From the NCBI GenBank assembly GCA_023261815.1, contig JALNKA010000014.1:1-29517 (forward strand): a stretch of 29,517 bases of DNA, read 5' to 3'. This stretch comes from Candidatus Wolframiiraptor sinensis. Its GTDB lineage: Archaea > Thermoproteota > Nitrososphaeria_A > Caldarchaeales > Wolframiiraptoraceae. Each line of letters starts with the position of its first letter. Within the stretch, counting starts at the first letter, position 1. Shown here in pieces: positions 1 through 8,168 of this stretch. The notes beneath the pieces were generated by a model that ran no database searches, was not told the DNA's origin, and saw only the letters and a program-made list of their open reading frames with translations. Position numbers and translations under genes: made by a program.

Positions 1-674
1 ACGCATACGTTTTGTCGAGGATTCATGGTATGCCAAAGGCCTTTGCGGAAGTCACGCCCCTCGACGTGGAGTTCAAGCCATTGCTGATGAGGGAGAGGAG
101 GGTGGTTAAGATCCTGAACGAGTTATACCAGTTGCAGGCGCTCGGCGTCTATATTGAGGACGAGGTTATTAAGGATCACAAGAAGTGGCTGACGGAGATA
201 CGTGAGGAAATTGTCGAGAAAGCGCAAGAGAGGATTCCTCGATTCACCGAGATCGCTGAGAAGCTAGGACTGGACAATGATGACGTCAATGCGCTGTCGG
301 CGCTGGCTGGGCTGCTAATCTACCTGAAGTGGCCGTTTAATGTGCCATCATATCATAAAGCTAGGAGGTTTCTAGGATTGTATAAGCCGACAAAAGATGA
401 TAAGAGAAAGTATGAGGAGAAGATGAGGGAGAAATTCGTGAGGCGTTATAACAGCTATGCTAGGAGATATTTAAACTCGCTGACGGCGGCAATGTTTGCC
501 AAGAAGAAAATTTTTCCGCCGAGGACGAGGGATGAGAAGGAGGTGCTGAGGGAGTTACTAGGAGTTCTGAGAACCTTCAACGGCGCCAATGAGGTGGAGG
601 AGCAGGATAAAAGCCCTGATGAGGCCCGTGGTCGCCCTAATTACTGCTCCACGAGGGAGTGGTTCCAAAATTAA
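1..674 (+). mobile_element. IS110-family (DEDD/Nop-domain) transposase-like gene, 5'-truncated by the window edge
   Basis: The frame is open back to the window start and reads (D)AYVLSRI, matching the end of the IS110 DEDD/RuvC 'D..DA..LA' motif. It continues into a helical linker and ALAGLLIYL...PSYHKARRFLGLY, resembling the Transposase_20 motif 'A.LLAEI...F.S...L.AYAGL'. Composition looks more AT-rich than the neighbours. Confidence 0.7.
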
Positions 675-711
675 TGGCGGGTGAAGGGCTGTCTAGATGC
701 TCCTCCCCCTC
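591..711 (+). ncRNA. Predicted structured RNA overlapping the 3' end of the IS110-like gene
   Basis: Nested stems: 591-604/698-711 (13 of 14 complementary), 612-616/686-690, 624-628/678-682 and 643-650/656-663. The G-U wobbles favour the + strand. The internal loop is UGAUGAG/GAA, and a T-run follows at 726-730. Confidence 0.55.
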
Positions 712-736
712 TCCCCGCATCCCTCTTTTTCCCTTA

Positions 737-754
737 TGAATTAATTGAATTAAT
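737..754. repeat. 9-bp tandem duplication (TGAATTAAT x2)
   Basis: TGAATTAAT at 737-745 and 746-754, just downstream of the IS110-like element. Confidence 0.7.
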
Positions 755-826
755 TTTGGGCTTGAAGAGCTCGCTGAAAGCTCAAGGCTAATATACCGAG
801 AAGACGATTATGAGGCGGCCGAGCTC

Positions 827-1057
827 ATGGATCTGGTCTTAATCTTCCTCGGCCTCGGCTTAGTTTTTGTGGGAGGGGTATTATTGCTTCTCGCGGCCTC
901 TCTGGGCCGGGCGAGGGTTAGGGGAGGGGGATTAATCCTGATAGGCCCAATACCGATAATATTCGGCGACAGATCTCTGGGGATTATCCTGCTGATTATT
1001 GCTCTTTTAGCGTTAATCCCGGTAATCCTTCTCATGCTCATCGGAGTCGTGAGGTGA
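827..1057 (+). CDS. DUF131 (TIGR00304-like) small membrane protein
   Basis: Two hydrophobic segments flank the GGGLILIGPIPIIFG signature. Confidence 0.85.
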   Translation: MDLVLIFLGLGLVFVGGVLLLLAASLGRARVRGGGLILIGPIPIIFGDRSLGIILLIIALLALIPVILLMLIGVVR

Positions 1058-1063
1058 TAGCGC

Positions 1064-1357
1064 TTGGAGGATCGGGCGAGGATCTCGCCGGAAGCATCAT
1101 TCCTGCTTCTCATGCTCGGATTCCTCCTCATCTTAATCGGATTCTTCCTAGTTCTCGCTGGATTATTCTCCTCAAGCAATATAGTGGGGGCCGAGGGCGG
1201 AGGCCTAATCCTAATAGGCCCGATACCGATACTATTCCACGGCGAGCTCGGACCCCTCGCAGTACTCTTGATCTTCATAGTCATGGCTCTTGCATTTCTA
1301 TTACCATTGATGCATCTTCTGAGGCTGAGGAAGGCGTGCGAAGAGGGGCGAGAGTGA
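1064..1357 (+). CDS. DUF131 small membrane protein, second paralogue
   Basis: GGGLILIGPIPILF signature between TM segments; Shine-Dalgarno GAGGTGA upstream of a TTG start. Confidence 0.8.
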   Translation: MEDRARISPEASFLLLMLGFLLILIGFFLVLAGLFSSSNIVGAEGGGLILIGPIPILFHGELGPLAVLLIFIVMALAFLLPLMHLLRLRKACEEGRE

Positions 1358-1453
1358 TCCGCGATGGCCAAAAGCCCTGAGCGCTTACGCTGGAGCTCGA
1401 TGCAGCGTTGCGGCGGATCAAATATTAATTAGTTTTCATGCTTCTCTTATCCA

Positions 1454-1744
1454 GTGTTTACCCAGCTTGAGAGGCAGATAATCCGCGGGCGAGCCTATCT
1501 CAGGGGCTTGAGGAATGTTAGGCGCGGGCTCCTCACCAGGTCTAAGATCATAGATGCTTTATCCAGGAAGGCCTCGACTATCTCGCAGATAGCTGAGGAG
1601 ATAGGGTTAAGCAAGTCGGCGGTGAGAAGGCACTTGAAGAACATGCTCGCTGAGGGCATAGTCGAGAAGCTCAGGTTTAAGGGCAAGATTCTGTGGAAGC
1701 TGAGCGGATCCGGGCAGCTCAATCTCGAGGAGGCTCTAGCTTAA
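1454..1744 (+). CDS. Winged-HTH (ArsR-like) transcriptional regulator
   Basis: TRSKII..L...TISQIAEEIGLSKSAVRRHLKNMLAEGIV, a winged-HTH pattern. Confidence 0.8.
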   Translation: MFTQLERQIIRGRAYLRGLRNVRRGLLTRSKIIDALSRKASTISQIAEEIGLSKSAVRRHLKNMLAEGIVEKLRFKGKILWKLSGSGQLNLEEALA

Positions 1745-1758
1745 CCCCTCGCCGCGCC

Positions 1759-1935
1759 TCATGGAATCAATGGAATCAGCTTATTCATTATTATCGTTAC
1801 GGCTATCAGAAGGCTTGCCAGGATCAGGATTATCTCCGGCCGGATCTTTATGCCCTTAGCCTCCTCCTCGAAGAATCTCAGTAGGCCTGCTGCCGATGCC
1901 GGTAGCGGAGCCCCCCTACGCCTTCTCGCGGCCAA
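1759..1935 (-). CDS. secG: Preprotein translocase subunit Sec61-beta/SecG (58 aa, not in the ORF track)
   Basis: Hand translation gives MAARRRRGAPLPASAAGLLRFFEEEAKGIKIRPEIILILASLLIAVTIIMNKLIPLIP*. It carries the AGLLRFFEE...IKIxPE motif and one C-terminal TM helix; GAGGG lies upstream of the TTG start. Confidence 0.9.
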   Translation of the reverse strand: MAARRRRGAPLPASAAGLLRFFEEEAKGIKIRPEIILILASLLIAVTIIMNKLIPLIP

Positions 1936-1988
1936 CCCTCTTCATCCCCACGAGGGCTGCTTCACCTTATTAATTCTCCCTTCCCAGT

Positions 1989-2948
1989 TCATGGGACGCG
2001 GGCTAATGCCTCAGCCCGTATCCCCCTTCTCCTGAGATGCCTCGCCAGCTCCTCGGCGAATCCATGAACGAGGTATATTCGCCTGGCCCCGCTCTCCTCC
2101 GCGTAGCTCATCAACCCTGGGAAGTCGGCGTGGCTACTGAGGGGGAATGCGGCGTCAAAGCCGTTTAGCCGGTATCTTAAGGCCCAACCCGTGGCGGCTG
2201 CCCACCTGATCCTATGCCTGGAGGGCGGGCTATACCTCTTGCTTGAGACGTATACGCACTCGCCTTGCCTGAGCGCCTCGAGGCCCTCGGGGCTATTTAT
2301 TGGGAGGTGATCGAGCTTGAAGCCGTATTGTGAGAGGCTCTCAGTTATCCTGCTTATGGTGAAGCTCGTCAGGACCGGTACCTCGAGATAGGCGTTGATC
2401 AAGCCCACTATCTCCTGAGCTTTTCCGAGAGCGTAGACCTTGAATGCCGGCACCTCGCCAGCCTTTATCGTCTCGATTATCCAGCGGATTATCTTAGCGT
2501 AAACCTCCTCTCTCTTGGGGAAGATGTAGCGCGGCGAGCCATAGGTCGCCTCAAGTATCAGCACCTCGGATTCCAGGAGCTTCGCCCCCCTCAATATTAT
2601 GCTGTCATAGGTGTTCAGGTCGCCGGTGTAGACGAGGCTCACGCCATCGCCCTCCATGAGAAACTGGCTTGAGCCGATCACGTGGCCGGATGGATGGGCT
2701 GAAACCCTGATGCCGCCGAAGTCTATGCTCTCATCATACCTTATCAGCCTCTCGACCCTATGCGGGCCGAAGAGTTTCAGTACGCTCGCGGTCTCCGGCG
2801 TCGCTATAATCCTGCTGGACCTTCCGGGAGCATGGTCCATATGGGCGTGCGAGACCAGGCTCACGCCATTACCCTCAGCCGCCGAGTCCAGCCATATCCT
2901 CGTATCGCCAGCTTTCACGAGAAATCCGCGCCCGCCAAGAACCTCCAT
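1989..2948 (-). CDS. Metallo-beta-lactamase-fold exonuclease (COG1236/beta-CASP-like)
   Basis: Motifs SHAHMDH, SGHVIGS, YTGD, EATYG and LSSHADF. Likely start is ATG 2948; the ORF extends to 3008. Confidence 0.85.
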   Translation of the reverse strand: MEVLGGRGFLVKAGDTRIWLDSAAEGNGVSLVSHAHMDHAPGRSSRIIATPETASVLKLFGPHRVERLIRYDESIDFGGIRVSAHPSGHVIGSSQFLMEGDGVSLVYTGDLNTYDSIILRGAKLLESEVLILEATYGSPRYIFPKREEVYAKIIRWIIETIKAGEVPAFKVYALGKAQEIVGLINAYLEVPVLTSFTISRITESLSQYGFKLDHLPINSPEGLEALRQGECVYVSSKRYSPPSRHRIRWAAATGWALRYRLNGFDAAFPLSSHADFPGLMSYAEESGARRIYLVHGFAEELARHLRRRGIRAEALARVP

Positions 2949-3043
2949 GGCCCCGCCCAGTAGGGGATAAGCTCCCCCCGGGCTAAAGAGCTTTTCCACG
3001 AATGTCACAGTTTATAAGTCCGCCCACATCCCGCTAGAAAGAG

Positions 3044-4756
3044 TTGAAGAGCGCCACCTCCCAGCTATCATCGCTGTACAGGTTTCTCTGGGGCATCCCG
3101 CTACGCGGGAGACTTCTCGCCATCGCGATATGCGCCAACGCGATCGTATCGCTTGCGATATCCTTTCTCGGCGGGGCTGGCGCCTACACGCCGCTAATCC
3201 TAGTGGGCTTCATGGCCGGCATCCTGCTAGGCTGGATCGTGGAGCGCCTGGAGATCGATCTGGGAATGATCAACTCGAGGAGGCTGAATCAGCTGGCGAT
3301 AGTGAGCTCCTGCTTCATGGCCCTCGGGCTGGCGGCCTCGGTAACCCCGCTTGGATTAGCCGCTCTCGCGGCGATTGTTAGCATCAGCTTATTCATAAGG
3401 GGGGTGGTCTTTCTCACGCTGGCGGGAAGAAAACTGCTTAAGGCGCTGCCCGCATTCGCGCTGATGCTCTTCGCGGAAGCCGCGCCTATGCTCTTTCTCC
3501 AGAACACCGCCTACGCGATCTCGATCATAAAAGGATATCTCATCGGAGCGGCCTTCTCCTTGACATTGATTCTCATGTTCAAGCGCGTTCTGATGATTAA
3601 GGGTGCTCCGGTGCTTGACTACGTATCAAGCGTATTCGCATATCTTCTAGATGATAGGAGGGATTTGCTCAGGGAGATCTCCGAGAGGCTTGATGATGAG
3701 GGCTTTACGAGCTTGGACCTCCTGCTCTTCAGGAACATGACTCGGAGGGTTGTCGCCGCGATAATCATCCCCTACTTCCACCCGGGGCCGTTCAAGGATT
3801 ATGGTAGCAGTGGCCTAATGTATAGGATTCATGAGGAACTTCGGCAGAACGGCGTTAAGGCGATCTTTCTCAAGGGGTTCTCGAATCATCACGATAACCT
3901 GATCTCTGAGGAGGATTGCGAGCTGATCCTGAAGAGAATTGGGAAATTGGTGTTCGAGAATCAGGACGATCTCACGTATTCTTCTCACGCTTATCCGCCG
4001 AAGATCCTGCACGAAGGTCATGTCAAGGGAATGCTTCTGGGCATTGGCGACGCCAGACTCCTCCTAGTCACCACTCATCCGCGCGGCATGGAGGATATTC
4101 CGAGATTCCTGTGCAACAACTCCGGCGACCAATTCCTGATACCCGTCGATTGCCATAACAGCTTCTCCGACTTCGTGAAAGATCTAGGTGAGGATAGCCT
4201 CCAGATGATCTCGAGGCTCCTGAAGAGGGCTGAGGAGACCGAGCTGGGCGAGAGGAGGAACCTGATATTCGGCTACGCGCAGCTAGGGTTTGATGGATAC
4301 TCTCGGGAGGATGGCGCGGGAGACCTGGGGGTTTCAACTGCGGTCTTCATCCTCGATGGCCGCCCATCGGCCATAGTAAGCCTGGATGGCAACAACTGCC
4401 TGCCACAAGTTAGAGACATGATCTTGGAAAGGCTTAGAAGTCTTGGATTCGAGCACGTCGAGGTCGTGACGACCGATACTCACGTAGTTAATGGGCTTAG
4501 GTTTGGTGGGCGAGGATATCACCCCTTAGGTGAGGTCGTTCCCGCCGAGGTCATCGCCGAGAAGGCTGTGGAAGCGGCCAAGAGAGCATTGGAGAATGCC
4601 GAGCCCGCGGAGTCCGCGTGGGTTAGGCTGAAATTCCCCCGCGTGAAGATAATGTCCCAAAGCTTTCTACAGGAGACGGCGGCGAGAACCCGGCAAGGAA
4701 TTATCATCTTCACCCTATTCCTCTTGGGATCCCTGATAGCTGGCGCCCTCATTTAA
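3044..4756 (+). CDS. DUF2070 family membrane protein
   Basis: Multi-TM N-terminus, then HPGPF, DCHN, DGNN and TTDTH motifs, and a C-terminal TM helix. Confidence 0.85.
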   Translation: MKSATSQLSSLYRFLWGIPLRGRLLAIAICANAIVSLAISFLGGAGAYTPLILVGFMAGILLGWIVERLEIDLGMINSRRLNQLAIVSSCFMALGLAASVTPLGLAALAAIVSISLFIRGVVFLTLAGRKLLKALPAFALMLFAEAAPMLFLQNTAYAISIIKGYLIGAAFSLTLILMFKRVLMIKGAPVLDYVSSVFAYLLDDRRDLLREISERLDDEGFTSLDLLLFRNMTRRVVAAIIIPYFHPGPFKDYGSSGLMYRIHEELRQNGVKAIFLKGFSNHHDNLISEEDCELILKRIGKLVFENQDDLTYSSHAYPPKILHEGHVKGMLLGIGDARLLLVTTHPRGMEDIPRFLCNNSGDQFLIPVDCHNSFSDFVKDLGEDSLQMISRLLKRAEETELGERRNLIFGYAQLGFDGYSREDGAGDLGVSTAVFILDGRPSAIVSLDGNNCLPQVRDMILERLRSLGFEHVEVVTTDTHVVNGLRFGGRGYHPLGEVVPAEVIAEKAVEAAKRALENAEPAESAWVRLKFPRVKIMSQSFLQETAARTRQGIIIFTLFLLGSLIAGALI

Positions 4757-4807
4757 GAGACCTGAAAATAGATAACTATCACCATTTCCCAAATCTTCTG
4801 AATAAGG

Positions 4808-5077
4808 ATGCCGAGATCCCAGGTTATAATCGGTAGGAAGAACGTGATGAGGTACGTCACGGCGTGCATAACCCTGTTTAATAGGGGTGAGAAGGAGATA
4901 GTCCTTCGGGCTAGGGGGAGGAATATAGATAACTGCATTAAAACCATCATGCTCCTCAGAAGCGGGTTCTACTCGAATCTGAGGATCAAGGAGATAAATT
5001 TGTCGAGCGACGAGCTGCGGAGAGATGATGGGAGGGTGATATACGTCGGGGTTCTTGAGGCCGTGATATCATTATAG
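4808..5077 (+). CDS. albA: Alba DNA/RNA-binding chromatin protein
   Basis: IIGRKNVMRYV...EIVLRARGRNI in an 89-aa basic protein. Confidence 0.85.
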   Translation: MPRSQVIIGRKNVMRYVTACITLFNRGEKEIVLRARGRNIDNCIKTIMLLRSGFYSNLRIKEINLSSDELRRDDGRVIYVGVLEAVISL

Positions 5078-5105
5078 AGCAAGGCATGCGCGAGGTCCAT
5101 CGGCG

Positions 5106-6425
5106 ATGAAGAGTGATCTTCCGAAGATAACGCGTCCTCCAGCTTCAGGCGATGCCGCGAGGATAATCTCGAGAGATATCAAGCTCATGGCCCGAGCCTG
5201 CAGGAGAAAGTTCTCGATCGCTGTGAAGAAGATCGAGGGATCCATAGTGCTCGACGTGAACGATAATGCATACATAGACTTCACAAGCGGCTTCGGAGCT
5301 CTGCCGCTGGGAGGCCAGCATCCGGAGATAATCAAGGCCGTGAAAACTTGCGCTGAGAACTCAATGTCGATCCCGCCTGCTCTCTATTATGAGGGGGCCG
5401 TTGAGCTCGCAGAGGAGCTCGCCAGAATCGCGCCGATCAGGGGAGGCGTGAGAATATTTTTCTGCGACAGCATCTCGGAGGCAATCGACGCGGCGGCCAG
5501 AGCCGCGAGATGGCATTCCGGCAAAAGCGTAATCCTAGCCTTTACCGGAGGCTATCACGGGCCTATGGGAGAGGCTTTAGTGCTCTCAGCCAGCTCGAGG
5601 CTCAGGAGGCCGCCGATGAAAATCGTTGACGTGGTATATGGTGTTGGCCGCAATTGCGCTGAGTGCCCGATCAGCTTGGAGCCGGAGAGGTGTCGAGGCG
5701 AGTGCCTCAAGTTATCGCGCGAGATCGTGGAGGCCGTGGCACCCGATGACCTGGCGGCCATAGTCTTCGAGCCAATGGGCCTAGAGACGCCGACGCCTCC
5801 GCCAGTTTCCTATATGGAGGCGCTTGAAGGGCTCGCGAGGGATTTTGGCGGCCTGCTTGTAGCGAATGAGAGAGCTACCGCGCCCGCTAGAGCTGGCAGG
5901 TGGTTCGCCCTAGATCGCTGGAACTTTAAAGCCGATATCGTGTGCTTGGGTGAGCAGCTCGCCTCAGGACTTCCCCTCGGAGCCCTGATCGCCAGGGATG
6001 AGATCCTAGACATGGAGCCATCTGAGCATGATTTCTGCTGTGGGAACGCGTTATCGATCTCAGCCGCCCTCGCGACCCTCAGAGTGATCAGGGATGAGGG
6101 GCTAGTGGAGAGGGGCGAGAGAATCGGAAGAACTCTCTTGAAGAGAGTTAGGGAGATGGCCGGGGAACTAGGATGGATGGCTCATGGATTGGGCATGCTC
6201 GTCGGGATATGGCCGCCGAGGAGGAGCGCCGGAGCCGGCGAGAGAGAGGCGAGGATCATCGTGGATGAGTGCTTTAGGGCCGGGCTTCTTCTCTGGAGAA
6301 TCAGCTCCACGATCATCATAGCGCCCGCGCTGAATATGGAGGAGGAGATCTTGGAGAAGGGGCTGGAGATCTTGGGGGAGAAGATCGGCGAGGTCAGCCG
6401 ACTATCTCGAGCTTCCTCAGCCTAA
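5106..6425 (+). CDS. Class III aminotransferase homologue, probably unable to bind PLP covalently
   Basis: Fold motifs DVNDNAYIDFTSG, GGYHG, AAIVFEP, GLGMLVG and IIIAPAL are present. The catalytic 'LGK' reads LGE and 'DEVQTG.GRTG' reads NERATAPARAG. Confidence 0.8.
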   Translation: MKSDLPKITRPPASGDAARIISRDIKLMARACRRKFSIAVKKIEGSIVLDVNDNAYIDFTSGFGALPLGGQHPEIIKAVKTCAENSMSIPPALYYEGAVELAEELARIAPIRGGVRIFFCDSISEAIDAAARAARWHSGKSVILAFTGGYHGPMGEALVLSASSRLRRPPMKIVDVVYGVGRNCAECPISLEPERCRGECLKLSREIVEAVAPDDLAAIVFEPMGLETPTPPPVSYMEALEGLARDFGGLLVANERATAPARAGRWFALDRWNFKADIVCLGEQLASGLPLGALIARDEILDMEPSEHDFCCGNALSISAALATLRVIRDEGLVERGERIGRTLLKRVREMAGELGWMAHGLGMLVGIWPPRRSAGAGEREARIIVDECFRAGLLLWRISSTIIIAPALNMEEEILEKGLEILGEKIGEVSRLSRASSA

Positions 6426-6672
6426 TGCCCTTCCTATGTATTGTGTAGCCGCATTCCTTGCATATCAGCTTCAGCGTCTGCTTTTGGGTCGTCTTAGACT
6501 TCTTCCTCTGTATTGGGTACTTCTGGCCGCCATAGCCGCGCAGCTCCCGCTCGTGGTGCCTAGCGCCCCTCGCCAGAGACCTATCCTTACCCTTCTTATA
6601 AAGCGTAACCTTATGCTCGGTATGCTTCCGGCACCTACGGCAATACGTGTTGATTGAGGATGGAACCTTCAA
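6394..6672 (-). CDS. rpl44e: 50S ribosomal protein L44e (eL42)
   Basis: TYCRRCRKHTEHKV, GYGGQKYP and CKECG motifs. Confidence 0.97.
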   Translation of the reverse strand: MKVPSSINTYCRRCRKHTEHKVTLYKKGKDRSLARGARHHERELRGYGGQKYPIQRKKSKTTQKQTLKLICKECGYTIHRKGIRLRKLEIVG

Positions 6673-6696
6673 CTCAGGGCATGGAGAGAGCTGAAT

Positions 6697-6704
6697 AATT
6701 TAAA
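6697..6704 (-). promoter_or_regulatory. Putative TATA box for rpl44e
   Basis: Reads TTTAAATT on the minus strand, ~25 nt upstream of the TTG start. Confidence 0.5.
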
Positions 6705-6868
6705 GTTTACTCCGAAAGGCCGGCGCAGGGAGGATGAGAAAGGTTCGAGGAAGCCCCTTAATTATCACCTCGCGTGTATCTTGGTCGTCACAGTCCGGGG
6801 GCTCCACTCTTCCGGGTGCAGAGGAAAAATAGGTTAATTAGGGGAGTTTGCCTTAAATTCGGCCGGTC

Positions 6869-7069
6869 ATGGAGGTTGACTGGGAGAAGCTGATACCGAA
6901 GCCCAGGTCCAGGTTCCTCCTAGTCCAGTGCAATGAGTGTGGTCATAAGCAGATAGTATTCGATCACGCGAAGATAGAGGTTAAGTGCCAAGTGTGCAGC
7001 GCGCCCCTCGCGATGCCTAAAGGCGGTAAAGCCAGGATCCTGGGAAGAGTTCTGGAGGTCTTAACTTAA
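6869..7069 (+). CDS. rps27e: 30S ribosomal protein S27e
   Basis: IPKPRSRFLLVQCNECG..QIVF...CQVC...PKGGKA zinc finger. Confidence 0.97.
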   Translation: MEVDWEKLIPKPRSRFLLVQCNECGHKQIVFDHAKIEVKCQVCSAPLAMPKGGKARILGRVLEVLT

Positions 7070-7097
7070 ATTCACGATCATCATTCAAGTATTCTAG

Positions 7098-7883
7098 ATG
7101 TCTGAGTTCGTTGAGAGAAGTGCTCCAACCGTTGATGAGCTCGTGATCGGCTTGGTTAAGCGCGTCGAGAAGTATGGCGTATACTTGGATCTCCTAGATT
7201 ATCCCGGCTGGGAGGGCTTTGTTCACGTCTCGGAGATCTCGCTCAAGTGGATAAGAAATATCCGGGATTATCTCAAGGAGGGCCAGAGAGATGTGTTCAG
7301 GGTTCTTAGGATAGATCCGGCTACAAGGCAGGCGGATGTCTCTTATCGAAGGGTTTCTCAGAAGGAGCGGGAGGATAAGATGCGCTTTTGGAAGCGTAAA
7401 CAGAGGCTGCTGAGAATACTGAAGCTCTTATCAGAGAGGTCTGGTAGAAGCGAAGAGGAGCTTAAGAGGCTCATAGTCGAGCCCGCTTTAAAGCGCGGCT
7501 TAAGCCTATACGATGTCCTGCTCGAGTCGCTTGAGGAGGAGAAGCTTCCCGAGTGGATGGAACTCGACGAGGGCCTCGCCAAGCTGCTGATGGAGATAAT
7601 CGGCCAAGAGATAAAGATAAGAGAGGTGACGGTTCAGGGAGTATTGGTGATGAGCGTTCCGAGGGGCGATGGCGTGGAGGTGATAAGGCGCGCGGTCAGC
7701 CGTGGGCTCGAGGCGGCGAGAAAAGAGGATGTCTTGATAACGACAATAGGATCTCCGAGGTATCTCATAAGCGTCAGGGCGGAGGACGCGGAGAGCGGCA
7801 GAAAGGTAATCGAGAAAGTCGCGGAAGCCTGCCTCGCGGTGATCAGAGAAGCCGGGGGAAAGGGAGAACTCCAGCTGAAGTGA
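7098..7883 (+). CDS. eif2a: Translation initiation factor 2 alpha subunit
   Basis: S1 domain (EGFVHVSEIS..WIRNIRD) and C-terminal GSPRY; lies between rps27e and nop10. Confidence 0.95.
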   Translation: MSEFVERSAPTVDELVIGLVKRVEKYGVYLDLLDYPGWEGFVHVSEISLKWIRNIRDYLKEGQRDVFRVLRIDPATRQADVSYRRVSQKEREDKMRFWKRKQRLLRILKLLSERSGRSEEELKRLIVEPALKRGLSLYDVLLESLEEEKLPEWMELDEGLAKLLMEIIGQEIKIREVTVQGVLVMSVPRGDGVEVIRRAVSRGLEAARKEDVLITTIGSPRYLISVRAEDAESGRKVIEKVAEACLAVIREAGGKGELQLK

Positions 7884-7890
7884 GCGCGCG

Positions 7891-8055
7891 ATGCCCGGCC
7901 TCCTTAAAAAATGCATAAAATGCGGCAGATACACCATAAAAGAGGAATCATGTCCCGTATGCGGAGGGCCCCTGAAATCAGCTCATCCACCAAATATATC
8001 CCTCAAACACAGGTACATAGATCTTATAACTAAGGCGCGGCGTAAGGAATTGTAG
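7891..8055 (+). CDS. nop10: H/ACA RNP protein Nop10 (54 aa, not in the ORF track)
   Basis: Hand translation gives MPGLLKKCIKCGRYTIKEESCPVCGGPLKSAHPPNISLKHRY...; canonical position after eif2a. Confidence 0.93.
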   Translation: MPGLLKKCIKCGRYTIKEESCPVCGGPLKSAHPPNISLKHRYIDLITKARRKEL

Positions 8056-8135
8056 CGGCATGATCTACGGCCGGGGCAAGTGACCTTTCTTGCATACAGG
8101 AGTCATGCTGCTGTGGTCCACGGCTGGGAGAACGA

Positions 8136-8142
8136 TTTAAAT
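8136..8142 (+). promoter_or_regulatory. Putative TATA box for the PAC2 gene
   Basis: TTTAAAT ~27 nt upstream of ATG 8169. Confidence 0.45.
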
Positions 8143-8168
8143 CGCGGTGGTTAGGACTTACTGGCAGC

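Noticed and set aside
612-702. Hammerhead ribozyme (CUGAUGAG...GAA)
   Set aside because: GAA is followed by G rather than A, and there is no stem III-UH-stem I arrangement. The flanks pair directly with each other, giving an internal loop.
591-760. TIGR or CRISPR array next to the Nop-domain gene
   Set aside because: Only one structured unit is present, with no periodic repeats. An array upstream of the window cannot be excluded.
6747-6825. RNase P RNA (GAGGAAGCCCC resembles the P4 5' strand)
   Set aside because: The region is too short and has no matching 3' P4 motif.
8049-8113. H/ACA sRNA on the minus strand (hairpin followed by ACA)
   Set aside because: The minus-strand stem has A-C mismatches, there is no K-loop, and the pocket-to-ACA distance is ~22 nt rather than 14-15.
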